In this document: piece after piece, positions 39,736-53,372 of the stretch
Layout of the letters: each line of letters opens with the position of its first letter
How positions within the stretch are numbered: position 1 is the first letter of the stretch
Source of the DNA: Eledone cirrhosa
Taxonomy: Eukaryota
Length of the DNA stretch: 64,000 nt
Direction of reading: 5' to 3'
Assembly (NCBI GenBank): GCA_964016885.1
Contig: OZ024741.1
Coordinates: 99,572,001 to 99,636,000 of the forward strand
Made by a program: the position numbers and the translations under genes
Notes under the pieces: generated by a model
The model's input: only the letters and a program-made list of their open reading frames with translations
Database searches by the model: none
Told to the model about the DNA's origin: nothing

Positions 39736-39946
39736 TTAACACTTTAGCACTTAAATTGGCCGTATTTGGCCAGAATTCTCTCACCTCTTTCTGTTCAAAC
39801 TTAACTGGCCGCTCACACTTATGTTGAGGTATTGTTCTCAAAATAAATAATATCAAAATCTCATAGATTTGATATTATGTGAGGTAAAGCCTTTTATCGG
39901 AAAATACAATAGTAAATATAGAGTAATATGAATGCTAAAGGGTTAA
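39736..39946 (+). mobile_element. piggyBac-type MITE family A, full length
   Basis: TTAA-CACTTTAGCA...TGCTAAAGGG-TTAA. Confidence 0.85.
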
Positions 39947-40571
39947 AAAGGTGGTAGTTTGGTAGTCATTAGAGCATTGGACTTTTAATTGCTAAGTTGA
40001 AATCCTATCAAGATCAACTTTGCCTTTCATCTTTCTGGGGTCAATGAAATAAAGAAGCAACCAAGTTTGAGGGCTGATTTTAATCAATTGTAACCACCCC
40101 TCTGTTCCTAAAAAAAAAAAAAAAGTCTGACCTTGTCCTTATGTAAGAAATTATCATTATTTATAATTTGTTTCACCTCCCACACATTTCAACTTATTCT
40201 CTAGGATGTCTGTTCTTGCAGAAAATAGATCTCTATTCCAGCACACCATAATTTCTGCAAGTTATTGCTAATGACTTACACACTCCATGGCTGCCCCACA
40301 CTTGGTGTGACCTGCCTCTCTATCAGTTTGCTCAAGCTCTCTATCTCTTGCCCCTCTCTCTGTTTTATATCTCTCCTCTCTCTGGTATTCTGAACCTAGT
40401 TGTTAATTCTAATTTCTACCACATATTTATTCATTCATCCATCCAATGCTCTCCTTGTAACAACATCCTGTTTTGCTTTCTCTAAGCCAAATATTTTTTC
40501 TAGCCATCTCCTTCTGTTGAGATTCCACCCCCATATCAATGCCATTCTACTGCAAACAGCTAAGACCAATT

Positions 40572-40614
40572 ACACATATACATACACACACAGACATGTG
40601 TGTGTGTGTGAATG

Positions 40615-40705
<91 letters not shown>

Positions 40706-40820
40706 GTGTATATATATATATATATATGTGTGTGTGTATATGTGTGTGTTTATATATACGTGTGTATATATATATATATACATACATACACACAGGCACA
40801 CATGTATATATGTATGTGTA
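40572..40820. repeat. (TG)n/(TA)n/(CA)n compound microsatellite
   Basis: Direct inspection. Confidence 0.95.
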
Positions 40821-41370
40821 TTTTTTGTAACAGTTTGCAGTATAAAACCAATTTTTCCTGTTCTCCTTACCAAAGACTGTCTCACAGGAAGTTTTTATTC
40901 TGTAAAATTCATCTTTATTCATAATTACCATTTAAGGAACTCATTAAAGTTTGTTGGAAAAGAAACATGTTCTAATAATGATGATGATGTTGATGAATAA
41001 AAATGTGTTCTCATCAAGGTGAAATTCTTCAATTACTGAAGGGAAGGAAAATCAGCTTTGCAATTGGTATTCATGCCTCGCCTAAGAACATTACTAATAC
41101 AGGAAATAAAGTGCAAAGCAAGAATTAACAGAAAATATGCCACCAAAATATGTTTGTGATGGCAGCAGTGGCTAACTTTAGTATTCACCCTTTTGATACC
41201 AAACCACTAACTGCTCCCTGTTCTATCATAGAAACTTGTTTGTTTTAAAAAGTTCAAATTTAAACACTCTGTGTAAGAACCTTTTATGTTATGTTACATC
41301 CCAAACATTATCTTAATAATGAGTAAGTTAGTTATTTTATTAAATCTTTCTTAATATTGTTACAAAAGAG

Positions 41371-41581
41371 TTAACCCTTTAGCATTTAAACCGGCCGTAT
41401 CCAGCCAGAATTCTCTCATGTCTTTCTGTTCAAACCAGCTGTAATGGGCCACTCATACTGATATTGTTCCCAAAATAAATATCAAAATCTCATAGATTTA
41501 ATATTATGTGAGAGAGTTATGTGAGGTTTACTATGAAAATACAATAATATATATAGAGTAATGTAAATGCTAAAGGATTAA
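41371..41581 (+). mobile_element. piggyBac-type MITE family A, full length
   Basis: TTAA-CCCTTTAGCATTTA...TAAATGCTAAAGGA-TTAA; left TTAA shared with the end of a family B MITE (~41184-41374). Confidence 0.88.
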
Positions 41582-42324
41582 GTCAGTTTTAGTGGAAAGA
41601 TGTATAGTCTTCAACTCAGTACTTATGTATTTATTTTGTATTGCAATTTCACCATACTAACATTATTGGTTATAGGTTATTAATGGTTCACTACATTTCT
41701 GACAGCAAAAGTGACAACTCAGTCCAGAGCAAATGTCAACAAGTGACTTTGTTCAAAGAGGATAGGTGGGTGAAAATCTTTGTTGGTTGATGTTTACATC
41801 CTGCATTGATATACCATATTTTCTTTTGTATAATATGAGGAATTTTAAACTAAGGACAAAAAAATGTGACTTCAATTCCTGGACCTGGTTGTATGTTGTG
41901 TTCTTGAGCAAAAAAACTTTGTTTCATGTTGCTCCAGTATACTTAGCCAAAAATGAATGCCAGCAGTAGCTGGATGTTTAAGCCTGTGACTGATTGGGGT
42001 GCTGTCTTGTAAACTTCAGTCGCTTAGAGCCAAGGAAACCTGGATAAACTCTGGCCTAATGAACCTCCAGACTTGACACATTTTCAGAATGTTTTTTTAC
42101 TGTGCTTAAAAATAATAATTACAAATGGTGCCCCAGCATGGCCTCAGCCTGATAGCTGGAACAGGTAAAAGGCAAATGTGTTAACATTTGTTTTCAAACT
42201 GTACTTGATATATCAGCAATATTTGTTATTTTGGAATCAACATTATTGAATGCCATTTGTCTCAAAGAAAAGAAATTGATAAAATAAAAGGATTACATAA
42301 GATCTGTCATATTTTGATAACATT

Positions 42325-42510
42325 GGTGGATTGGCAGTATTGGTAGAGAGTCGGACGCCATGCTTTCTAGCATAGTTACGTCCCTTTACGGACTGAGTTC
42401 AGATCCCGCCGAGGTTAACTTTGCCTTTCATCCTTTCGGGGTCGATAAAATAAAGTACCAGTAATGTACTGGGTTATTGCTGGCCTTGGGCCAAAAGTAG
42501 AAACAATTAT
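42325..42510 (+). mobile_element. SINE family A (short, young)
   Basis: Near-identical to 9088-9273. Confidence 0.92.
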
Positions 42511-43302
42511 TGTTACAACTGCGGCTTAACTATTAAAATATACACTTCTTCCTGCTTGAATAATAGGGTAATAATTTTCATGCTGTGAAATTGTTTGGTT
42601 AACAGATATCCCTTCATTTGTTGACACACAAATCAAAATTTTAATGGCTCCCGGGGTTGTATTATACCCAAAGATATAATAATTATAACCACATAATAGT
42701 TATCAAAATTAGTGGGCCTCAAATACACTCAGCATTTCTAGTCACTATATTTCTAATGAAAGACATGGCTTATTTTTCAAATAATTTTGAAAACAATAAA
42801 AAATTAAGAGAAATTTAATAAAATATCATTCTCATTATTAAGCTGGTTTTTGGAGCATTACGTAAAAGTTTCTTACATAGAATCATGATGGAAGATATTT
42901 AGATATAAATATATACATTTTAAAAACAAATAGTTTTGTATCATAAGTGGCTTGAGATAAAAAGGGTTATCCTCATGCTTAACCCTTAATGTTAAGACAT
43001 TCTTGAAAAGTATAAATGAGTATTATGAATATCCTTACGGGGTCGATAAAATAAAGTACCAGTAATGCACTGGGTAATTGCTGGCCTTGTGCCAAAAGTA
43101 GAAACAATTATATATAAACTCTTAGCATCTTGTAATGATTTAGCAGATTAGCATAAAATATCTAAAAATAGGTTTCATAATTCAAATGTTTGTAATATCT
43201 TTGTAGTATTAGAGTAAACACTTTAATCTAATGTCTGGCCATCTGGTAAAGTAAAACATTGTATACAAACAGAATATCTTAAGGGACAGTCTGCCTCATG
43301 AT

Positions 43303-43584
43303 CCCAGCCAAGAGGGTGGAGGAGACATTGCCTTAGTGGACAGCAAGAGAGACATGATGGAACAGCCACTCCACCTCACGGGGGTCGCACATGCAGAAGA
43401 CCAAGAACGCTGGAAGTTTCACTGCAACAAGTTCAACCAAACCTATCAGAGAGTAGCTGATACTAGGACATTTGCCCTCTTCAGCCTGGTAGGCAGCAAA
43501 GCCTGGGCTGGTAGCTGAACGCACCAGGTTGTCACTAAAGGTGTCACATGTGGCATCCCAGATGAGGGCCTACCCCTGCAGAAC
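43303..43584 (-). pseudogene. CRE-clade retrotransposon endonuclease relic
   Basis: Minus strand with frameshifts: FCRGR.LIWDATCDTFSDNLVRSATSPGFAAYQAEEGK..YQLLSDRF..VAV.TSSVLG..CDPREVEWLFHHVSLAVH*GNVSSTLL. Confidence 0.8.
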
Positions 43585-44278
43585 ATGTTATTAGCCAGTT
43601 ATTCTTACCTAAAAGGCCCTGACTTATTCACTATTTCAAATCATTTGGGAATGTTATTGATGTCATGGAACTGAAAGTTAGTGTTCATTGGGTCTTAAAA
43701 AAAATGTTTTTAAGAGTTACTTCCACCTCATTTCCTCATACAATATTTATTTTAGACAGTATCTTTGGAACACATCTTGGTTATGCTCTATTCAACAATA
43801 AAGTCTCTATTTATGTAAGCTGCTAGAAATAGCAACCAACTCGCCCTCAAATCGCACCTCATAAAATCAAAGGACATATTGGCTAATACATAGATATCCT
43901 GAGTTTAAAGAGGAAATAAAAGATTGGAAGGATAATCAGATCATGAATGCTTTTGTTTATAGACCTACTTGATCTAAGGCTAAGCTAAATCATTTAAGTC
44001 ATCAATAATTAATAATCAATAAGTCATAATAGATATTAAACAATCACAATGATGAGGATGTCCACACTATATGCCCATTCATCCTACTGGTTATGATTTA
44101 AAACAATTCTTAGTCAAATAGAAATAGTGCATAAATAATTGAACAGTTCTGATTGTATTTATTTAAAGGTATTCTCTATTCCTGTCACATCCATCTGTGC
44201 TGTTCGGCATCCATTGTCCATTTAGTTTAGTATATCCTATGTTGTCTCAAACCTATCTCTATTGATGTTCATTTACTC

Positions 44279-44517
44279 TTCTCTCTCTCTCTCTGCCCCC
44301 CCCCCCTCTCCCTCTCTCTCTGCCCCCCCCCCCCCCCTCTCTCCTCTCTCCTCTCCTCTCCTCTCTCTCCTCTCCTCTCTCTCCTCTCCTCTCCTCTCTC
44401 CTCTCCTCTCTCCTCCCCTCTCTCCTCTCTCCTCTCTCTCCTCTCCTCTCTCCTCTCCTCTCCCATCTCCTCTCTCCTCTCTCCTCTCCTCTCTCTCTCT
44501 CTCTTTCTCTCTCTCTC
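44279..44517 (+). repeat. CTCTC/CTCCT microsatellite
   Basis: Direct inspection. Confidence 0.95.
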
Positions 44518-45971
44518 ATACACAGTCAACTACTTTTATTTCTAACACTTTCTCATTTCCTTATTATTAATTCTCTCCTTTTCTCCCTTCTTTTTCTTTC
44601 CACAACTTGCTACTCTCTCTCTTTAGCCCCCCCCCCCCCATGGTACATATACCTTTTTCACTCCTTCATCTCTTCTCTCATCATCTCTCCATCCTTATTG
44701 TTCTCATATGTCCTCTCTTATTCCACCCCTTTTCTCAATTCTCTGTCCATACTCTGATCTTTCTATTTGTCTTCCTCCATTCTAAACACACATATTCCAT
44801 ATTATCTTCACCACCAGAACCACCGCCTCTATATATTGCACAATTCTAGTCCCCCACACTTCCCTTCACCATATATACTGTCACTTCAGCCATCCCAGTC
44901 TAATTTGACAACTGGTCCCTGATTACTTAATTATAAAATCTCTGCTGCCCAGCAGGCATCAATTCACTCAACTTTGCCCACCACATCAGTAAAACTCCCT
45001 CTAGACTCTGCCCACCAGAACCCCTTTCCACCACAGTACAATTCCAAACTCCACCCACTACAGCCCCCTTCCTGATCCCAAATCTCTGCCCACTGCAGTT
45101 AACCACTAGTTTTGCCCCTCCCTCCACTAACATGCCCCCTAAACACCTAGTTATCTTCTAGCTCTACCCTTCCCCTTCTGTTAACATACCCCTTAAACAT
45201 CATTCACCACAACGCACCTCTAAATATTACTCTCTCCCCTCCCACCCACATTACTCACCACAACTCCTCCTCATTGCATTCATTCATTAACCCACCACAA
45301 CACACCTCTCCAAACTACCTACCCACAATAACGCCTCCCACCACAAAACCTACCCCAACTCCTCTCTGTTAACACCCATCCTAATTCCCCTGTGCCACCA
45401 ACACATCACTCCCCCTTCCAATGCTACTACTACTACTATATTGTGAATCCTCTCCCCAAACCTCTGTACAAACTCTGCTCACCACAACATATCTTTCAAC
45501 TCTTGCATACACTGTCCTCATTTACCAAATGGCAACTCATACCACCCAACTCTGTTACTACTTGCCAAAAACTACCAACCACAACTCCCTAAACATGCCC
45601 CACATTGACTGATACCCAAACTTAGGCACAATGCTTCATCAGCAATTTCAGGGGGCAGGAGTGGAGAATGAAATTTTAAAATAGAAGACAAGAGAAAAAA
45701 TATTTCCAAGGTTCCTTGTATCCTCACTTCTGCCTTTCCCCATATTTAGTCTCAAGTTTTCAGTGAAAAACTTATTAAATGATGTCTCCTTTCAAATCAG
45801 CCATTTTTCTTTCTTTCTGATGAAATTCATATTCAATCAAAACAAAACGATTTTTGACATTCGTTTTATTAGGTATTTTTGTATATAGTTTTATTTATTT
45901 AATATTATTTCCCAACTAAAATTTGAAAAAAAAAAAATTAATGACTGATTTTAATCAAGGATTTATTCAAC

Positions 45972-45972
<1 letters not shown>

Positions 45973-46010
<38 letters not shown>

Positions 46011-46022
46011 CATTATTATTAT
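45973..46022. repeat. (ATT)n microsatellite
   Basis: Direct inspection. Confidence 0.9.
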
Positions 46023-46336
46023 TTCTTTCATTTTATTTTATTTTAAAGTGTCAGTCTTCATCTGCATTTTGTTACAAATGCTATCCACTCAATGGGGCCT
46101 AGCAATAATCGACTGTAGTTAAATGATAATTATTGTATCTGAAAAGAGTTAACAAAAAAATAAATAAATTGAATATGAGCATACTTTTGAGTTTGTGTGT
46201 GCATGAGTGTGCACATGTGTTTGCATACATTTTTAGATTTATAATTTTGCAGCATCAGCATATATAGCAAGGCACTCTTGAAAACACGTGTGACAATTTG
46301 AAGCAAAAATCCTACTCACACTGATTCAATCATGTG

Positions 46337-46377
46337 CGCACGCACGCACGCACGCACACACACGCACGCACACACAC

Positions 46378-46446
<69 letters not shown>
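46337..46446 (+). repeat. (CACG)n/(CA)n microsatellite
   Basis: Direct inspection. Confidence 0.95.
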
Positions 46447-46448
<2 letters not shown>

Positions 46449-49400
46449 GAAGTACACTTACACACACACAAAGAAATGCATGTCTTGTTTCACATTAGTC
46501 AAATTAGACTGATTCATTTTAAAGGGCTTGTCGTAGCAGTTTTGGCTCAGGCTCATGTGAATATAGCAGAATCAGTGTGTTAAGGACCTGCTTTTAACCC
46601 TTTTATGTTCACAGTAGTCAGTGACATTTAACATGTTTGAATTGTAAGGGAAAAATATCTCAATCCCCAGCCCCTTTTATTTTCTATTGTTTTTTAACAA
46701 TGTCTCTGCTTTACATTAACTTGTGGATAGCAAAATAAAAAAAAAGTATGACCACAGCTAGAATGCCTTCAATCATGTGTTTGCTTAACCAGGACAAACC
46801 TAAGGATAAACAAAATTAACAACAAAATGAATGAGACAATGGACAATATAGTGTTAGATGTGCAAAATGTAAAAGAAAAAAATTTATGAGATAATCACAG
46901 TGAGAACTTCTTTGATCATAAGTCTGCTCATTCAGATCTGACCTGGGGCTAAACAGTAACAACAAATCATCGATGTCTTACATAGAACCTAAAGTCCTCT
47001 TTCCAAACAACTAAATCTAATTGCTTTACCTTTGTGTGTGTGTGCGTGCGCGTGTGCTCTTATATTCCATTTCTCCGTTTCTAAATAATTCAAATTAAAA
47101 GACAAATATATACTACTACCACTAAGGGAGTCTCTAGATGGTTGCACAACCTGCTAGATATCATAGTCAAATCTCCCTCGAGGCATACCCTACTGTCTTA
47201 AAAAAAGAAAAATGAAGAAAAATGACATTTTTAGTAATATAATCTGAGATGCACTCTGCTTGAAAAGAGACTGAATGATCATGTTTAGAATGCCTTTTGA
47301 TGATAGATCTGCCTGATCAAGGCTGACCCAGGGCTAAACAGCCATCACTGTTGCTGCTACTACTACTACTACTATCACTACCATTACTATCATACAGACA
47401 CATGCATATAGTTAGGTTCTTTTGTCCCTGAACAAGCGCTTAAATGAGAGAAACTCGGAGTGACAGCAGTGATTCATCAGCTATACACACACACATAGAC
47501 AAATGCATGTGCCCGCATACACATGCCCCGAAACAGACATATAAATACACATATAGACACCATTCCGACTCTCCTCCACATACTGTCTTGTTTCTTGTTC
47601 TTTTCTTTTAATCCCTAATATTTCTATTTCCTTCATAAACTTTCCACCCACACCATCCCCCACTATAAACTTCTTATATTACACACATATATATATATCA
47701 CAATCACAATTATATACCACACATATACACACATACGCAAACTGAAGTAATTGACATATATCCATTTGCATGAACATATCTCAGGTATCTCTCTCTCTAA
47801 CTTCCCTCACCCTCATCTCACTCTTTTTCTCTCTGCCTCTCTTTCTCTCTGTCACATTTTCTCTTTGCATCATCTCCTATATCTCTTCCCCCTCTCACTA
47901 TTTTTCTCTCCCAATTTTCCGTTTTCTATTTTCAATCTCCTTTCTCTTAGTTTCATCTCCTTTTTCTCCCCGCTCTCTGTCATCTCTTTTACCTTACCTA
48001 GGTTTCCTTAGATATTTAAATTGCCCATTTGTGACAATCCCCTTCCACCTTCTTCCCCCACTTCTCCTTGGCAATGTCATTGCATGAGGGCCAAGTGCAG
48101 TGTTAGGTAATGAAAATACCCACCCTGTTCTCCACACCCAGTTTATAACCAGTGCTACTTGTCTACTTACAGCATGAAAAGAACTTATTTCCATTCATAA
48201 CTAACACAGTATCCGGTCTCCTCTACCCTACCAGTCCACCCCTATCTTGCGAGACATAGTTATTACTTCTCTTTCTATCTGTCTGTCTGTCTTCCTATTT
48301 CTATTACCATCTTTATTTATTTATTTCATAATCCATTCTGTCACCCAAATCCCTTTAAGGCATCTGTTTTACTTGCCTTTTAAATAATGCATTACCAGTG
48401 ACCCGTGTTTCTCACCACCCTATTAATATTCTTCCAACAAATGTTCTGTCTTTACACCCTTGTACCTGTTTCAAATTATTGTTATAAAAGGAATATATTA
48501 TATAATAAAAATATTACTTTTATATAATAATAATATATTCTATCCTTTCATTTATAAAGCATTTCTTTGAGAATGTGAAAGTTATGTAGAAAAATCTATA
48601 TTATTCTATGAAAGGGTTTCAAGGGTTCATCTGAGGTTAAAGCTATTTAAACCATTGCCATTGATATCTTGGAATGCAGATATAAATAAATATACATCTC
48701 TACTACAACAGGTTGGATATTTTATTGACAGATCAGTTCTCACTACAAAGATTGAATTATTCCAGTTTAATTTCATCTTGCAGCCGACAGATAGTATCAG
48801 CAATGAAAAGACCAATGGAAACAGTTTCCCTGGTTCAATCCTGAAGATCAGCATCTTTCCTTTTTTATAGTTAATTAACTTTTGTATGGCAAACATTGTG
48901 TTTAGAACTTAACAAAAATTATGATGTAATAGTTTAATATACATGTGAACATATACAATAGTATTTGTTCTGGTCTCCAGTTCTCTCAGTTCAAATTCTA
49001 CAATGGTCAACTTTGCCTTTCATCTTTAATCATCATCATCAATGCCTGCTTATCCATGCTGGCATAGGTTGGATAAGGTTTTTTTTTAAGGCACTGTTCT
49101 GCAGTCAGATTCTCTTCCTGGTGCCAGCCCTTATTTCTAAGATCAGTATGTCCAGGGTAGTCAATTAGTTGAATTGTTAGAGCATCAGATGCTTTGTGGT
49201 GTTTGTTTCAACTCAGCATATTATATTAAGTTCAGATCGCACCAACTGCCACCAACAAAATTTTGACATGACAGAACTGGCTCTCATGTTATCAAAATAC
49301 CTAAGAAATTTACCATGAGATGCAACCTGTGTATGCATGTGAAAGCCATAACAATAACAAACACCACTATAATTGAACCATTTAAATTATTCCCCAAATT

Positions 49401-49596
49401 GATCTATTAATATCCAGTTTATTTACTTGAAGCTAGAGTAAATGTTTATTAATATAAACAAACTGCTCCAGTCAGTTGCCTGCTTTACTCACTCCCAATT
49501 AATTCCAATAACAAAGGACAGACAACTAGGTAGACATATCTACCACAACTGTTGGGTCTTGGATTTTGGATTAAATCTTTCATTACCATATTTCTA

Positions 49597-49850
49597 GTGA
49601 AGGCATGTGGCCTAGTGGTAATGGGTCTTGGACTTATGATTGTGATGTCATGGGTTCGATTCCTGGGCTGTGTTGCATGTTGTGTTCTTGAGCGAAACGC
49701 TTCATTTCACATTGCTCCAGTATACTCAGCTGAGAATGAGTACCAGTAATAGCTCAGGGTTAACCCTGCAATGGACAGGCGTCCTGTCCAGGGGGGAAGT
49801 TTTGTACTTTCAGTCGCTTCATGTCATGAAACTAGGATAAGCACTCGCTC
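49597..49850 (+). mobile_element. SINE family C inserted into a family B MITE (49571-50099)
   Basis: GTGAAGGCATGTGGCCTAGTGG..GGGTTCGATTCCTGG..TGTGTTCTTGAGCGAAACGCTTCATTTCAC; the MITE resumes and ends GGTATCAAAAGGGGTTAA. Confidence 0.85.
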
Positions 49851-51129
49851 AACAGTGCTTGCAGTGCACAAGGGTGTGCATGCATGTATTGTATTACAAT
49901 TTTTGAGAAATAATACAGAAGGATTTACTAATTATTTCATTATTTAGATGGTATTTGTAATATAGCAAAAGGTTCTTATATAAAAATATATTGGAAGATA
50001 TTAATCTAAATAAGAATCCTGTAAAATGGGTGGTTTTATTTCATAGAATCAAAGATGAGGTCTTGGGTGGGTTGGTTGGTTGGTATCAAAAGGGGTTAAA
50101 GTATTTCACCTAAATAAAAGGTCAATTAAATCTATTCTGTCATTCCCTATAACACTATATAAATTCCCTAACATTATATCCTCTCTGATGGACATGAAAC
50201 ATGCTTGTTTATCTTTAACATCAACATTGTTAAACAAATCTAAATTTTTCAATCTCTTAACCTCAGACATTCATCATAGACTTGATCAGAAAAAAAAAAA
50301 ATGACAGTTTTAACAGAGATGTCATGTTTTTCTTTTTTTCTTTTTTGCTGTTGAAACTTTGTCTCAAAAGTGTTTTCTTGAGAACATGACAGATTCATCC
50401 CATCACCCTCTTCACATCCTGTTATAACATACATCATGAAGATAGGGAGAAACTACATAACATCTAAGTTTCTCTTTTCTTAATGTCATTAATTAAATCT
50501 TCACTTCTGCTTCCTTGTTTTCTAAACAGCCTTAATAAACTTGAAAAACACCTAATACCCCCCTCCTTTTCTGTCTCCCTTTCTATCACCCCCCCCCCCA
50601 TTTCCTCCTGTGCTCTATTTTTACACACATTATTCAAATGGTTTGTTTTTAATATAGTTGTCCTGTTGACAGTTTAATATGGCTAAAAGAGACACATATT
50701 CAATAGTTTAAATAATCCTTTCATACCAATAATGCTACACTTATTTCCAGTATTACATACTGTTGTCATAATACAATAAAGCAAGCTTTTTCTTGGCTTC
50801 TTTTAAACTAACTACTTTTGGTAGCTTCTGTTATTAAATCAGGTTAGTGGGACACCCAGGTGGGCTGTCTTTACCTTATCACCCTTACATCAACAATATA
50901 ATAAGATTAGATGGATAGACAGACAGACAGTCACTCTAACTCCTCTCCCCATCTATCTATCTCCCTCTCTCACTCTCTTCCATTTTCATTCATTCTCTCT
51001 TCTGACTTCATGTTCTTTCTCAACTACAAATTTCATTTCATTCACATCACTCTCTCTCTCTCTTTCTCTCCAGTTCAGACTTCAATGCCATAAACACATC
51101 ATAGCTTCCTGTTTTAACCTGAATTGGGC

Positions 51130-51552
51130 AATAATGATTTATACTTTAGGCACAAGGCCAACAATTTCGAGGTGGTGAAGGAAAATTTATTTGACCCCAA
51201 TACATGACAAGTATTTTATTTTATTCACCATGAATGGCAAAGTTAACCTCAGTGGGATTTGAACTTAGAACATAAACAGATGGAACAAATACAGCTAAGG
51301 ATTTGTCCAATGATCTAAATACTTTGCCAATTCACTGCCCTTTGTAGGAAAATAATAATAATGCTTTCTGATTTAGGCATAAAGCCAACAATTTTGGGGA
51401 GGGGAAAGTCAATTAAATCATCACCAGTACTTTATTTTATAGACCCCATAAGGATGAAAGGCAACTATTTGAACTCAGAACATAAAGGGACTTAACTCTA
51501 TGCTGCAAAGCATGTTATCCAATGATTTACCGATACTGCCAATCCACTCCCC
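51130..51552 (-). mobile_element. Two tandem SINE family A copies (long subtype)
   Basis: Family motifs occur twice on the minus strand. Confidence 0.8.
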
Positions 51553-51819
51553 TCTAATAATAATTGTTTCTACTAATTGTCCTTGTCAATTTTACTATGA
51601 TGCGACTTGTTAAGTGAATGTGTGGCAGGAACAATAAATATCAAAAGGATATCCACAGATGCCTGCCCTAAGTATCTGGTTGATACTTGGCAGTCAGTGG
51701 ATTTCTTTATTAGTCTCACAGGGCTGACCTTAAGGAAACAAGGCAGCACAGCACAATACAATGTGGAATTTTGTGCATAAAAAAAACAAACAAATAAAAC
51801 AAATACCCCAATAGGGTGG

Positions 51820-52040
51820 GAGATCTCTGAGCGAGACCAGCCAAGCTCATGGATGTTATACAACCATCTTGCTCAGGGTCTACCCCTGGGTCTCCTGCTG
51901 GTTGGTTTTGCTTGTAAAATCTGTCCAACAATTCTTTTCTAAGACATCCTAACCACATGCCCAAGTGAAACCTGAAAAAGTTAATTAGGACTTTGCTGAA
52001 AAGGAAGGGGCCTATCTTCAACTCTTTCAAACACATTCAC
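51820..52040 (-). mobile_element. RTE-clade (Expander/REX3-like) LINE C-terminal relic
   Basis: Minus strand: LGHVVRMS*KRIVGQILQAKPTSRRPRGRP*ARWLYNIHELGWSR; same family as 12216-12375. Confidence 0.8.
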
Positions 52041-52897
52041 CACACAAAAAGAATCTCCAAAATTGAGTGAGAAATCACATAGGTTGATTCAGACCACTCT
52101 GTTCAAAACCTTGGATTATTTTGACACACCAAAGGTAATGCCTGCTCCCAGTTCTTAATACCAGCTTATGGGCCACATAGGTTCATTTAACTATGCCATT
52201 TTCAGCACTCTCATTTACTGTTCATAAAATTTAATGAATGGCAGCACCTCCCTCTCTACTTGTAGCATCTTAAGGGGTATTTGAGACCAATCTGGCCAAA
52301 ACTAGCTCTGGTTCTATGAAACAAAACCACCCATTTTAAAGAGTTCCTATTTAAATTAAAATCTTCCAATGTAAAAGAACCATGTTAAGTTACTATCTTA
52401 GCAATGACAATTCATAATTTTAGAAAATCCCTCAAAATACTTCATCAATTAATGGAAAAGGAGTGTATTTGTCATGAGTTGTTATTGTTTGGTTCAGGCT
52501 TGATTAAACATAAACAAACTATGGTCAAAGACATGCTAACCTAACAGACAGTGTAACTAGGACTACATTATTCAATATATCCTTCTTGTTTAAAGGTTGT
52601 AATGTGTGATTTGATGGAGATTTGACAGCTATTTCTAGCAAGTCGAGTGATCACATAGAAAGCTCCATTGCTGGGTCGATATAACCCCCCCCCCCCCCCC
52701 CACCTACCTCACATTATCACTCAGTCAAGATGAAAGGCACCATGTATGATCCTTTCCATGGCTTCCAAAACCCAGCCTGAAAGCTTGTCACAGAGTGCAC
52801 TCTGCTAAAGGCACCCAACTCAGTTGAACTATGTTGTTGAAAGTTCAATGCTTTAGTTGATTATTTGGTTTCCTAGCAACTGAAAAATGATAATTTC

Positions 52898-53116
52898 TTA
52901 ACTCTTTTGTTACCAACCTGCCCAAAACTGGTTCTGGTTCTATGAAAGAAAACTGCCCCTTTAAAAGGGTTCCTTTCTAAATTAAAATCTTCCTACAAAA
53001 TTTTATATAAAAGCCTTATATAAAATTGCTATCTTTGTAATAAAATAATTAATTTTAGTAAATTTTTCATTAATTGAAATAATATTCCATTAGAAATACA
53101 GTAACAAAAGAGTGAA
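52898..53116 (+). mobile_element. MITE family B
   Basis: TTAACTCTTTTGTTACCAACC...AGAAATACAGTAACAAAAGAGTGAA. Confidence 0.75.
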
Positions 53117-53129
53117 TATGCTCAAGTTC

Positions 53130-53372
53130 TTAACCCTTTTTACTCTATATATACTCTTTTACCTGTTCCAGCCATCCGGCTGAGGCACCACATAATATTG
53201 TATTTTTGTGGTAAAGGCTTTACCTCACATAATATCGAATCTGAGATTTTGATATTATTTATTTTGAGAACAATACCTTAACATCAGTATGAGTGGCCGG
53301 TTACAGCCAGTTTGAACAGAAAGATGAGAGAATTGTGGCCGGATATGGCCGGTTTAAATGCTAAAGGGTTAA
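53130..53372 (-). mobile_element. MITE family A with a small inserted SINE-tail fragment
   Basis: TTAACCCTTT...GGCCGGATATGGCCGGTTTAAATGCTAAAGGGTTAA; insert CTTTTACCTGTTCCAGC matches ~42150-42172 reversed. Confidence 0.85.

Noticed and set aside
42757-42770. TGAAAGACATGG resembling the miR-71 5' end
   Set aside because: Lies in a MITE family B terminus; the 3' half does not match and there is no hairpin.
48627-48896. Overlapping 89 aa / 71 aa ORFs on both strands
   Set aside because: No recognisable motif or flanking splice signals; length compatible with chance.
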